Positions 29,453 through 40,483 of a DNA stretch of 64,000 bases are shown here, in pieces (positions within the stretch are counted from its first letter, which is position 1; each line of letters starts with the position of its first letter). A program made the translations under genes and the position numbers. The notes beneath the pieces were generated by a model, which made no database searches, was not told where the DNA came from, and saw nothing but the letters and a program-made list of their open reading frames with translations. Location: NCBI GenBank assembly GCA_050251875.1, contig JBFWMA010000002.1, positions 64,001 to 128,000 on the forward strand, written 5' to 3'. Origin of the DNA: Deferribacterales bacterium. Lineage in GTDB: Bacteria; Chrysiogenota; Deferribacteres; Deferribacterales; Geovibrionaceae.

Positions 29453-30213
29453 ATACTTTTATTAATTTTCAAGTTCCTGATAAGTCGAGCAAAAGCCAGA
29501 TAGCCAGAGTCGCTACAGAAAAATGGGTTTATGAAAATGGATTTTGTGCAAATTGTCTTTGTAGTCTAGATAAATTTCCAAATAATAAGCCTGTTGCTGA
29601 TTTCTTCTGCCCTGAATGCGGGAATCAATTTGAACTTAAGTCTAAAAGAAATAGCTTTGGTAATAAAATCACTGACGGCGCATATGAGTCGATGATTTCA
29701 AGAATTAATGCATCAGATAATCCAAATTTCTTCTTCATGTCGTACGACATGACTAATATGACTGTCAATGACTACATACTAATACCTAAACATATTTTTG
29801 ATATAAATATTATTGAACGCAGAAAACCACTTTGCAAAACTGCAAAACGTGCTGGTTGGGTTGGCTGTAATATCTTATTTAATATGATTCCTGAATATAC
29901 AAAAATATATTATATTAAGAAGGGGATAGCTCAGGACAAAATAGATATTCATAAACGATGGGGTCAATTGACTTTTTTCAAAACTGAAGAGGGTGTCCAA
30001 TATAAAGGATGGTTACTGGACATAATATTGTGTATTGAAATGTTAAAAAGGCCGCAGTTTACTCTTGATGAAGTTTATCATTTTGAACCATGGCTTAGTA
30101 AGCGCCACCCTGATAATAGCAATATCCATGCAAAAATCAGACAACAACTTCAAGTCCTGCGAGACAAAGGATATATTAAATTTATATCAAGAGGCAAGTA
30201 TTTGATATTATAA
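29449..30213 (+). CDS. DpnI-family / Dam-replacing-protein methyl-directed endonuclease
   Basis: SQIARVATEKW, CxxC, NNKPVADFFCxxC, ELKSK and RAGWVGCNI; C-terminal winged helix KIRQQLQVLRDKG. Visibly AT-rich versus its neighbours. Confidence 0.9.
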   Translation: MNTFINFQVPDKSSKSQIARVATEKWVYENGFCANCLCSLDKFPNNKPVADFFCPECGNQFELKSKRNSFGNKITDGAYESMISRINASDNPNFFFMSYDMTNMTVNDYILIPKHIFDINIIERRKPLCKTAKRAGWVGCNILFNMIPEYTKIYYIKKGIAQDKIDIHKRWGQLTFFKTEEGVQYKGWLLDIILCIEMLKRPQFTLDEVYHFEPWLSKRHPDNSNIHAKIRQQLQVLRDKGYIKFISRGKYLIL

Positions 30214-30218
30214 GGTCT

Positions 30219-31169
30219 TTAACCGCAGACGTCCTCTCCTGTGAGGATGGTTGTTTTGTTTCTGCCTGTGGACTTGCTGAGATACAGCGCCTTGTCAGAT
30301 ATTCCCACCATAAACTCGACATCTTTATAACAGTGATGATAGGGTGTTATCCCTGCGCTGAAAGTGATCTTAAAGCAGTCTTTGTCGCTGTTGAAGACTG
30401 TTTCGGACAGTTTTGTCCTGATCCTCTCGATAGCCATCACTGAGTGCTCCAGATCTGTTTCTGTGAAGATAACGGCAAATTCCTCTCCGCCGTATCTGGC
30501 AGCTATATCTGTTGTTCTGATGGAATCTTTTATGATAGCGGCGAAGGTTTTCAGAACCTCATCGCCTTTAAGGTGTCCGTAGTTGTCATTCACTTTCTTA
30601 AAGAAATCCAGGTCGAAGAGAGCCAGACAGAACATGTTGTTGTATCTTTCTGAGCGGATTATCTCCTCTTTCAGTTTGTCTTTGAAGAATGAGTGGTTAT
30701 AGAGCAGGGTCAGACCGTCTTTCTTAGCCATCTGCTCCAGAAATTCGTTCTGTTCCAGAACGTTGGTAGAGGCGAAAGCCAGCTCGAAGATGGTGGATTC
30801 GAGCTCTTCGGATTTTATTTCCAGCTCTCTCTTCATATCTTTGTGCTGTCTGAGAGTGTTGAAGCGGATCTCCATCTCGCTCGCCGGGTCGCTCTTCAGC
30901 ATGAATACGAAGTAGTATTTCTGCGAAAGCGTCAATAGCAGCGAGTCGTGGAACTCGTCAGATATGAACAGAAAAAAGTTATTTGTTTTCAGAAGCTCTT
31001 CAATCCTGCCGATATTGTCAGTGCTTAGGAGCTCATAAAGGATTATCTCGTGATTTTTATCGAGAATATCCTCATAAGAGAGCAGCTCAACTCTTTCGAA
31101 AAGACTTTCAACGTGTGTTTTAGTATCTTCTGTTTTTACTCTGGCAAATATTTCTGCTTTAATCGGCAT
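30219..31169 (-). CDS. Diguanylate cyclase (GGDEF)
   Basis: DGLT, DLDFFKKVNDNYGH, RTTD I-site and RYGGEEF. Confidence 0.92.
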   Translation of the reverse strand: MPIKAEIFARVKTEDTKTHVESLFERVELLSYEDILDKNHEIILYELLSTDNIGRIEELLKTNNFFLFISDEFHDSLLLTLSQKYYFVFMLKSDPASEMEIRFNTLRQHKDMKRELEIKSEELESTIFELAFASTNVLEQNEFLEQMAKKDGLTLLYNHSFFKDKLKEEIIRSERYNNMFCLALFDLDFFKKVNDNYGHLKGDEVLKTFAAIIKDSIRTTDIAARYGGEEFAVIFTETDLEHSVMAIERIRTKLSETVFNSDKDCFKITFSAGITPYHHCYKDVEFMVGISDKALYLSKSTGRNKTTILTGEDVCG

Positions 31170-32628
31170 CCTCTGGCCTCATATGTGGAAATAAAACTAC
31201 ATCCCTGATAGAAGGGCTGTTGGTGAACAGCATCACAAGCCTGTCTATGCCCAGTCCGGCACCGGCGGTGGGGGGCAGACCATATTCCAGAGCCCGGATA
31301 TAGTCGGTGTCCATCATGCACGCCTCCTCGTCTCCTGCCTCTTTTGCCGCGACCTGTTTTTCAAATCGCTCCTTCTGATCTATAGGATCGTTCAATTCAT
31401 TGAATCCATTAGCCAGCTCAAAACCGCCGACAAACAGTTCAAACCTTTCTGTTGTTTCCGGGTCGTCTTTTTTCGATTTCGCCAAAGGTGATACTTCTTT
31501 GGGATAATCTATAATAAATGTGGGGTTGATGAGCTTGTGCTCAACCAGCTCCTCAAAAATCTCCATGATGATCTTGCCTTTGCCCCATTCTTTCATGACG
31601 TTGATGCCGATCTTTTCGGCAACGGCGCAGGCTTTCTCCCTGTCTGTCAGTTCTTCGCCTTTGACATTGGAGTAGGCTGAAATAGCCTCCTGCATTGTCA
31701 TTCTTGCCCAGGGTCCCTTCATGCTGATGGTGTTTCCGTTGAACTCCACTTCGAGTTTACCATAGAGTTTTTCAGAAATCTGCTGAAGCATTTCCTCTAT
31801 CATATCCATCAGCCCGTGATAATCGTTATACGCATTATACCACTCAATCATGGTAAATTCAGGATTATGTCGGGTTGAGAGTCCCTCATTGCGGAAATTT
31901 CTGTTTATTTCGAAAATACGTTCAAATCCGCCTATCACCAGACGCTTCAGATAGAGCTCCGGAGCGATACGCAGGTACAGGGGCATATCGAGAGCATTGT
32001 GGTGTGTTATGAAAGGTTTAGCTGTGGCTCCGCCAACGATGGGGTGCATCATCGGGGTCTCAACTTCGAAGAAATCTCTGTTTATGAAAAATTTTCTGAC
32101 TTCCTGAACAATTATGCTTCTTTTTCTAAAGGTGTCTTTAACGTCTTCGTTAACTATGAGGTCAACGTATCTCTGGCGGTATCTGGTTTCGATATCTTTG
32201 AGCCCGTGCCATTTCTCCGGCAGGTCGCGCAGAGCTTTTGTCAGCAGACGGAAGTGTTTGGCGCATATGGTGAGCTCGCCTGTTTTTGTTTTAAACAGGA
32301 AGCCTTTGATGCCTACTATATCGCCCACGTCTGTCAGGTCGAAAACATTGTAGTCCTCTTCCGGAATCTCGCCTTTTTTCACATAGACCTGAATCATTCC
32401 CGTGCGGTCTTTGATGGTGAGGAAAGCCGCCTTGCCGAAGGGGCGCAGAGCCATGATACGTCCCGCCACGTCAAAATAGACATCCTGCGCGGGCAGGTCT
32501 TCTTTCTCGGTATCTTTATATTTATCAGTTACCTGAATGATATCGTTCTCTACTTTGTGATAATTGACGAAAGGTTGTTCTGAGAGTTCTTTGATCTTTT
32601 GCAGTTTATCGAAACGATGCTGTTCCAT
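31159..32628 (-). CDS. lysS: Lysine--tRNA ligase (class II)
   Basis: YRQRYVDL, LRIAPELYLKRL, FRNEG and GLGIDRL. Confidence 0.98.
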   Translation of the reverse strand: MEQHRFDKLQKIKELSEQPFVNYHKVENDIIQVTDKYKDTEKEDLPAQDVYFDVAGRIMALRPFGKAAFLTIKDRTGMIQVYVKKGEIPEEDYNVFDLTDVGDIVGIKGFLFKTKTGELTICAKHFRLLTKALRDLPEKWHGLKDIETRYRQRYVDLIVNEDVKDTFRKRSIIVQEVRKFFINRDFFEVETPMMHPIVGGATAKPFITHHNALDMPLYLRIAPELYLKRLVIGGFERIFEINRNFRNEGLSTRHNPEFTMIEWYNAYNDYHGLMDMIEEMLQQISEKLYGKLEVEFNGNTISMKGPWARMTMQEAISAYSNVKGEELTDREKACAVAEKIGINVMKEWGKGKIIMEIFEELVEHKLINPTFIIDYPKEVSPLAKSKKDDPETTERFELFVGGFELANGFNELNDPIDQKERFEKQVAAKEAGDEEACMMDTDYIRALEYGLPPTAGAGLGIDRLVMLFTNSPSIRDVVLFPHMRPEDAD

Positions 32629-32846
32629 TTTTGGTGAAAATCTCCTGAATGAATGTAATAATGTCTACATTAACTTCATTAGTCGCATTATTGCAACGAA
32701 AAAATGAGGTGTCGGCACTTTTATTTATTTGACACCTCATATAAAACGCTTTAAGCTAAAACACTGAATAAAATTTTGAGTTTAAATAGTTAATTTGCTT
32801 GAAAAATTCTGGGCGATAGTCTAGATTATCATGTTTAAATCTATAA

Positions 32847-33890
<1,044 letters not shown>

Positions 33891-33910
33891 GGTAATCGGT
33901 TGCGGGGCAA

Positions 33911-34702
33911 ATGAAACTTTGGAAAAAAACACTTATAGCCTTTGTTGTCCTGCTTATCCTTGTAATTATTCAGGCGAGAGATCCTGATATCAAGGGTCCT
34001 TTCAGGGGCATACTGGGCAACTTTGTCAATCCTTTCGTATATTACACTGAAAAGTCATTCAGCTTTTTCAGCGACATCTGGAGCGGGTACATCAATCTGG
34101 TGAACGTGCGCCGTGATAACGACAAGCTGAAAGAGGACAACGGTCAGCTTATTCTGGAGAATTCCCTTCTCCACGAAAAGGTGAAAGAATACGGACGTGT
34201 TCAGAAACTTCTGAAATTCAGCGAATATTCAAAACTGGACTATGAGACTGCCGCTGTCATAGGCAGAAACATAAAGGGCTATCTGAAAGTAATCAAGATA
34301 GACAAAGGCTCTAATGACGGTATAAAAAGACAGGATCCTGTCATCAGCTATAACGGTCTGGTGGGCATGGTAAGGGATGTTTACGCCAGCTCCGCTGATG
34401 TGGAGGTGGTGCTCAGCCCCGCCAGCAACGTTTCCGTGATGAACAGCAGAACCAGAACCGTGGGGATAGTCCACGGTGACGGACACGGAAAGATGACCGT
34501 TGATTTCTATGACAGGCTGGATGACGTGAAAAAAGGCGACACCATGGTTACATCCGGGCTCGGAGGGGTATATCCCAAAGGGCTGGTTGTGGGACAGGTA
34601 GAGAGCGTCACCACAGCGGAGACAGGGCTTTTTAAAACCATGACGCTGAAATCCAAAGTCAAATTCTATAAGCTAGAGAATGTACTGGTTATCAGCCAAT
34701 GA
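33911..34702 (+). CDS. mreC: Rod shape-determining protein MreC
   Basis: TM + coiled coil, IDKGSNDGI, TSGLGGVYPKGL; synteny. Confidence 0.93.
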   Translation: MKLWKKTLIAFVVLLILVIIQARDPDIKGPFRGILGNFVNPFVYYTEKSFSFFSDIWSGYINLVNVRRDNDKLKEDNGQLILENSLLHEKVKEYGRVQKLLKFSEYSKLDYETAAVIGRNIKGYLKVIKIDKGSNDGIKRQDPVISYNGLVGMVRDVYASSADVEVVLSPASNVSVMNSRTRTVGIVHGDGHGKMTVDFYDRLDDVKKGDTMVTSGLGGVYPKGLVVGQVESVTTAETGLFKTMTLKSKVKFYKLENVLVISQ

Positions 34703-35172
34703 GAAGGAAACTCGACAAGATTTATTTCATAGTTATCATCGCTCTGGTTCTGAGCCATGTGGTGACTATGGTGTTTCCTCCTTTCATGAGCAATTTCGAC
34801 CTGCTGCTTATCATATATTTTCTGATATACGAAACCATAGATGAGGACAACTACATAGGGCTGTCGCTGATATTCGGCATATTCGCCGACTATTACAGAG
34901 GCGGTTTTTTCGGTCCCGCCGTCATGGTTTTTCTCCTGTTCTCTTTTTCCAGATTCAAGGCGGATCTGGTTGTGGACATGACAAAATTCAACTCGAAGGT
35001 TATGCTGTACGCTCTGATGTCTATGATATACTGCTCGTTCAACCTTTTTCTGAGCGGATATGACAGAGACTCTCTGGCTGTTATAGCAGTTTTCCGCACC
35101 CTGCTCAACGTGGGGGCGGCTGTTTCAATTATAAGATTCATAGGGTATATCCGTGCTGTTAAGAACGCTTAA
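34699..35172 (+). CDS. mreD: Rod shape-determining protein MreD
   Basis: Hydrophobic 157-aa ORF between mreC and mrdA. Confidence 0.72.
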   Translation: MRRKLDKIYFIVIIALVLSHVVTMVFPPFMSNFDLLLIIYFLIYETIDEDNYIGLSLIFGIFADYYRGGFFGPAVMVFLLFSFSRFKADLVVDMTKFNSKVMLYALMSMIYCSFNLFLSGYDRDSLAVIAVFRTLLNVGAAVSIIRFIGYIRAVKNA

Positions 35173-36994
35173 GGACGATGTCCTCGAATATTTTAAAAAG
35201 AGGGCGATGCTGGGCTACATCCTGTTCGCCGTCTTCTTCTCTTTTCTGGCGCTCAGGCTCTTCTGGATGCAGATCATCAGTTATGACAAGTTCAAAACCC
35301 TGTCGGAAAACAACCGTATCCGGATTGTGCGCATCAAGGCGGACAGGGGATTTATAAAAGATATAAAAGGGCGGCTGATAGTAAAAAACTCCCCCAGCTA
35401 TGAACTGAAGATAGTGAAAGAGGACGTTCAGGATCTGGACGCCATTCTGAACAAGCTGGAAAAGATTCTGCCCATCGATAAATCTTATGCAAAAAAACAG
35501 GTGGATAAATCATATCTCTATGAGCCGGCTATCATCCTGAGAGGACTCACCTTCAAACAGGTGGCGGAGATCATGGAACACTCCGATGATTACGCCGGTG
35601 TTGAGATAGGGCTTGAAGCCGTCAGAAGCTACATGGAGAGCAGCGCCTTCAGCCACGTTCTGGGATATATGTCCGAGGTGAACGAGCAGGAGCTGAAAGA
35701 CACGGACTACTACCGCTCCGGTGACATGATAGGCAAGACCGGCATAGAAAAAGTGTATGAGGAACAGCTCAGAGGCGTTGACGGCGCCCGTCAGGTCGAG
35801 GTGGACTCATACGGCAGACCCATAGATATTATCTCTGAAAAGCAGAGCACTCCCGGCGAGAACATAACACTTACCATAGATTACGACATACAGACGTTCC
35901 TGCACAGGCTTATGCAGAATAAAAAGGGCGCAGTGGCGGTCATCAACATTGAAAATTTCGATGTTCTGGCGCTTTATTCCGCCCCTACATACGATCTGAT
36001 GTCGTTCACCCCTTTCGCTACATCACAGGAGAGGCTGGCTATCATAAAAGACCCTAACAAGCCTCTGCTGAACCGTGTGATAGAGGGAAAATATCCCCCC
36101 GGATCGGTATATAAGGTTCTGATGGCTGTCGCCGGACTGATGGAGCACAAGATAAATCCGAACTCCACGTTCACCTGTACAGGCGAAATGCAGTACGGTA
36201 ACTTCAAATATAAATGCTGGAAAAAAGAGGGGCACGGAACTATCAATCTTGTGAGCGCCATAGAGCAGTCATGTGACGTTTATTTCTATAACCTCGGTCT
36301 GCTGCTGGGCATAGACCCCATATACGACTACTCCAGCAGACTGTCACTGGGCAAAAAGACAGGCATAGCCCTGCCTAACGAAAAATCAGGATTTTTCCCC
36401 AGCAGACAGTGGAAAAGAGAAGTCAGACACGAGGCGTGGTATCCCGGTGAAACCATCATCACATCAATCGGACAGGGGTATATCGCCACCACACCCATGC
36501 AGATAGCTGTCATGCTGGCGGGGATATTCAACGGCGGAAACGTCTATCAGCCTAACCTGATAAGATATTTCGAAGACACTGTTAACGGAAAAGTGATAGA
36601 GCCCAACAGGGTTCTGGTGAATAAAGTGCATATCGATAAATGGGCGGCGGATGTCGCTCTGGAAGGTATGCGCAGAGTTGTGGAAGGAGACAGAGCCACC
36701 GGATACAGGGCGAAAGTGCCCGGCGTTCACATCGGCGGAAAGACGGGAACAGCGCAGGTGGTGAGTCTGAAACGCACGGAAGACATGGACGAGGACGACA
36801 TCCCTGAGCATTACAGGGACCACTCCTGGTTTGCCGCTGTCTTTCCCGTGGAAAAACCGAAATATGTAGCCGTGGCGATGATAGAGCACGGCGGAGCCGG
36901 CAGTAAGGGTTCTGCGCCCATTGTCGGAGCATTAGTAAATAAAATGGCGGATCTGGGTTATGTTAGGCGTGAAACTGGACAGGAAACACATTGA
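35153..36994 (+). CDS. mrdA: Penicillin-binding protein 2
   Basis: PGSVYK (SxxK), SCD and GKTGTAQ motifs; synteny. Confidence 0.95.
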   Translation: MLLRTLKDDVLEYFKKRAMLGYILFAVFFSFLALRLFWMQIISYDKFKTLSENNRIRIVRIKADRGFIKDIKGRLIVKNSPSYELKIVKEDVQDLDAILNKLEKILPIDKSYAKKQVDKSYLYEPAIILRGLTFKQVAEIMEHSDDYAGVEIGLEAVRSYMESSAFSHVLGYMSEVNEQELKDTDYYRSGDMIGKTGIEKVYEEQLRGVDGARQVEVDSYGRPIDIISEKQSTPGENITLTIDYDIQTFLHRLMQNKKGAVAVINIENFDVLALYSAPTYDLMSFTPFATSQERLAIIKDPNKPLLNRVIEGKYPPGSVYKVLMAVAGLMEHKINPNSTFTCTGEMQYGNFKYKCWKKEGHGTINLVSAIEQSCDVYFYNLGLLLGIDPIYDYSSRLSLGKKTGIALPNEKSGFFPSRQWKREVRHEAWYPGETIITSIGQGYIATTPMQIAVMLAGIFNGGNVYQPNLIRYFEDTVNGKVIEPNRVLVNKVHIDKWAADVALEGMRRVVEGDRATGYRAKVPGVHIGGKTGTAQVVSLKRTEDMDEDDIPEHYRDHSWFAAVFPVEKPKYVAVAMIEHGGAGSKGSAPIVGALVNKMADLGYVRRETGQETH

Positions 36995-38081
36995 GAATTT
37001 TGATGTTTTCCTTTTAGTGATCATATTTCTGATCACGACCATCGGTGTTTTGGCTATATACAGCGCGGGCTTTGACCCTGTGGACGGCAAGGTGCGCACA
37101 TTTTATCTCAAGCAGATTTACTTTCTGCTGATGGGCTATTTTCTTTATATGGCGTTCAGTATCATCGGTTATAAAAAACTGGTAAAATATTCGTATATAT
37201 TGTTTATATTGGGAATTGGCGTTTTGTTCGCCGTTCTTATCATGGGGCATGTGGGCAAGGGAGCGACCAGATGGATATCTCTGGGCGGGCTGAAGATTCA
37301 GCCGTCTGAGTTCTTCAAATTCGTCTGGGTGGTTATGCTCGCCAGACTGTTTCTGGATTTTAACATGAACAAATTCGGCATGCTCGACCTGATAAAAAAG
37401 ATCATGTGGGTTATCCCGCCTTTTCTTCTGGTATTTCTTCAGCCTGACCTGGGTACGGCGGGAACTTTCCTCGCCGTGTGGGGTATAGTGGTTATTTTTC
37501 TGGGGATCAAGAGGGTGACTTTTATCATCATCATCACCAGTCTGTTCTTCGCCGCCCCCATACTATGGACGCACATGAAGCCCTATCAGAAGCAGAGGGT
37601 TGTTACGTTTCTTAACCCGGAGGCTGATCCTTTCGGTTCCGGCTATCACGTTATCCAGTCGAAGATAGCCATAGGCTCCGGCGGTCTGATGGGCAAGGGA
37701 TTCATGAAAGGAACTCAGTCCCACCTGAAGTTCATTCCGGAGAGACACACCGACTTCATCTTCGCCGTAATAGCGGAGGAGTTCGGTTTTGTGGGCGGTT
37801 CTACTGTTGTTGTGCTGTTTTTGCTGCTTGTCACGCGGATTATATACATAGGCGTAAACTCGAAGGAGGCGGCGGGAAAGCTGGTTTGTGTGGCTGCCGG
37901 CGGCTTCTTCTTTTTTCAGTTTTTTGTAAACCTGTCCATGACGGTGGGAATGATGCCGGTGGTGGGGATACCCATGCCCATGGTCAGCTACGGCGGTTCA
38001 TCGCTCATCACTTTCATGTCTATTCTCGGACTGGTGAACAGTGTGGCAATGCGCAGATTTGACAGCCCCAGTGAGGTATAA
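36960..38081 (+). CDS. rodA: SEDS peptidoglycan polymerase RodA
   Basis: IQPSEF, QPDLGT, PERHTDFIF and SYGGSS. Confidence 0.96.
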   Translation: MLGVKLDRKHIENFDVFLLVIIFLITTIGVLAIYSAGFDPVDGKVRTFYLKQIYFLLMGYFLYMAFSIIGYKKLVKYSYILFILGIGVLFAVLIMGHVGKGATRWISLGGLKIQPSEFFKFVWVVMLARLFLDFNMNKFGMLDLIKKIMWVIPPFLLVFLQPDLGTAGTFLAVWGIVVIFLGIKRVTFIIIITSLFFAAPILWTHMKPYQKQRVVTFLNPEADPFGSGYHVIQSKIAIGSGGLMGKGFMKGTQSHLKFIPERHTDFIFAVIAEEFGFVGGSTVVVLFLLLVTRIIYIGVNSKEAAGKLVCVAAGGFFFFQFFVNLSMTVGMMPVVGIPMPMVSYGGSSLITFMSILGLVNSVAMRRFDSPSEV

Positions 38082-40483
38082 TGAAAGATTTTAAAAAGCT
38101 CCTTCAGGTCTCCAGACCTGCCAGATACATCAACGGAGAGATAAACTCCATACACAAAGACCACAGCGGAAGAACCACATTCTGCCTTATTTTCCCGGAT
38201 GTTTACGAGGTGGGCATCAGCCACATAGGCTACAAAATGCTCTATGAACGTCTGAATCTTGAGAACAGCATAGTCTGCGAAAGGTTTTTCATGCCGTGGC
38301 CGGACGCCATATCCGCATACGGACAGGAGATGTTCGTCAGTCTGGAATCATCCACCGACCTGAAAGAATTCGATGTGCTCGGGTTCAGCTTTCAGTATGA
38401 GCTGGCGTATTCCAACATGCTGAAAATCCTCATTGAGTCAGGGCTTGAGGTTCGCACGGTGAACAGATCGGCTACTGACCCCATCGTGATAGCAGGCGGT
38501 CCCTGCGTGTGCAATCCCATGCCTATAGCTGATTTTGTGGACGTGTTTTTCATCGGCGAATCTGAAGTGACCCTTCCGGAAGCCATGAACAGAGTCCATG
38601 AGATGAAAAAAGAGGGCAGGTCAAAGGCGGATATACTCGGCTGGCTGAACAGTCTGCCGTATACTTACGTCCCTGCGATAGATGATAAAAAACACGTTAA
38701 GCGTTCTATACATACAGGATTTTCCGAAGACTACACCATAAAGGATCTGATAGTGCCGTCCATCCCTGCCGTTCAGGACAGGGTGGCGGTGGAGATATCC
38801 AGAGGATGCACCAGAGGATGCAGATTCTGTCAGGCTGGCATGATATACCGCCCCAACCGTGAGAGGAGCGTGGACAACATAGCCTGCGACGCTATGTATC
38901 AGCTGGAGAAGACAGGCTATCTGGAAGCGTCCATGCTGTCGCTCTCCGCTTCCGACTACAGCAGGCTGGAAGAGCTGCTGGTGACTATGGTGCGTCTCAC
39001 GCAGGACAAGAGCGTTTCTCTGGCTCTGCCATCCATCAGGGCGGACAGGATTCAGGAATATATCTTCCGTGAGCTGTCTAAGGTGCGCAAGGCCGGGTTT
39101 ACCATAGCCCCCGAGGCGGGGTCACAGCGCATGCGTGACGCCATAAACAAAGGGCTGACTGAGGAAGCTATACTGGAGGCTGTGCATAAGGCTTCCGATG
39201 CCGGATGGAACGGCGCCAAGCTCTATTTCATGATAGGTCTCCCCGGTGAGACAATGGAAGACGTGCTGGAGATCGCCGAGCTGTCCAGAAAGGCGAAATA
39301 TCTGCGTAAGGGCAGATTCAGTATAAAAGTATCCGTGTCAAACTTCGTGCCTAAGGCGCATACGCCTTATCAGTGGTGCGGACAGAACAGCGGAGACGAA
39401 TTCTATGAAAAGAGAAAACAGCTCAAGGAACTGTTTATCAAATATAAAATCCCCCACGCTTTCCACGGGATAAAGACCAGCGTCCTTGAGGGCGCTATGT
39501 CCAGAGGCTCCAGAGAGCTGGGAGATGTTATAGAAGAGGCTGTCAGAAAAGGCGCGATGTTCGATGCCTGGACTGAACACTTCAATTTCTCCCTCTGGGA
39601 GCAGGCTTTTGAAAAATTCGGCTACAAAGTCTCTGATTTTGCCGAAAAGACTTTCGGGATGGATGACACACTGCCGTGGGAGCATATCGATTCCGGCGTG
39701 GACATCAATTATCTTAAAAAAGAATATGAGAAATCAACCCGCTTCGAGTTCACCCCCGACTGCACGGAAGGGGACTGCACTGGCTGCGGTGTCTGCGACT
39801 TTAAAGAGATCAAAAACACCTTCTCCGCCAAATCCGAAATGGCTCTGCCTGAGGTTGAGGAGAACAAGCCGGAAGCAGAATATCACAGATACGCCGCCGT
39901 CTTTTCTAAGATGAACAGGCTGTCTCTGCTTTCTGCCATAGAGACCCAGAGATTTTTTATGCATGTGCTTACCATTGCCGACACAGGGCTGAAATTTACT
40001 TACGGGTTCAACCCCCAGCCCAAGCTGAGCTATGTTCAGGCGGCTTCCACCGGGCTTCAGGGAGAGAACGAGGTGCTTGTCTTCGAGTGCGCTGAGATAA
40101 AAGACACGGAAGCCATGAAGGACAAGCTGAACGGAATTCTGCCGCAGGAAGTGCGGATTAAGCATATAGCGACTCTGGAAACCAACCCGAAACATTTTGA
40201 CGTGTATGTCAGATTAGGGCTTTCTGACGAACTTCACAAGATATTCAGAGAAAAATATGACAAAAATGAGGCAAAATACGAAAAGCTGAATAAAAAAGGG
40301 CTTACGAAAGTGATGGACGCTAAGGATTTCACAGCCCATATCGGCTCAGGCGATATTGTCTTTAAAACCGAGACAACGGGTAATTTCAACTGTTTTGAGT
40401 TTTTCGAAAGCCTCGGATATGAGCGCTGGCAGATAGATATAATCAGAAAGAACGTCTATCTGGTGCCTAAAGAGGAAGCGTGA
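38081..40483 (+). CDS. TIGR03960-type B12-binding radical SAM protein fused to a TIGR03936-like C-terminal domain
   Basis: PARYINGE, FPDVYEVG, CTRGCRFC, APEAGSQRMR, Cys cluster CTEGDCTGCGVC and GFNPQPK. Confidence 0.88.
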   Translation: MKDFKKLLQVSRPARYINGEINSIHKDHSGRTTFCLIFPDVYEVGISHIGYKMLYERLNLENSIVCERFFMPWPDAISAYGQEMFVSLESSTDLKEFDVLGFSFQYELAYSNMLKILIESGLEVRTVNRSATDPIVIAGGPCVCNPMPIADFVDVFFIGESEVTLPEAMNRVHEMKKEGRSKADILGWLNSLPYTYVPAIDDKKHVKRSIHTGFSEDYTIKDLIVPSIPAVQDRVAVEISRGCTRGCRFCQAGMIYRPNRERSVDNIACDAMYQLEKTGYLEASMLSLSASDYSRLEELLVTMVRLTQDKSVSLALPSIRADRIQEYIFRELSKVRKAGFTIAPEAGSQRMRDAINKGLTEEAILEAVHKASDAGWNGAKLYFMIGLPGETMEDVLEIAELSRKAKYLRKGRFSIKVSVSNFVPKAHTPYQWCGQNSGDEFYEKRKQLKELFIKYKIPHAFHGIKTSVLEGAMSRGSRELGDVIEEAVRKGAMFDAWTEHFNFSLWEQAFEKFGYKVSDFAEKTFGMDDTLPWEHIDSGVDINYLKKEYEKSTRFEFTPDCTEGDCTGCGVCDFKEIKNTFSAKSEMALPEVEENKPEAEYHRYAAVFSKMNRLSLLSAIETQRFFMHVLTIADTGLKFTYGFNPQPKLSYVQAASTGLQGENEVLVFECAEIKDTEAMKDKLNGILPQEVRIKHIATLETNPKHFDVYVRLGLSDELHKIFREKYDKNEAKYEKLNKKGLTKVMDAKDFTAHIGSGDIVFKTETTGNFNCFEFFESLGYERWQIDIIRKNVYLVPKEEA

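Noticed and set aside
29449..30213. Absence of GATC within the DpnI-like gene as a sign of avoidance
   Set aside because: I saw none by eye, but only a few are expected in 765 AT-rich bases, so it is not informative.
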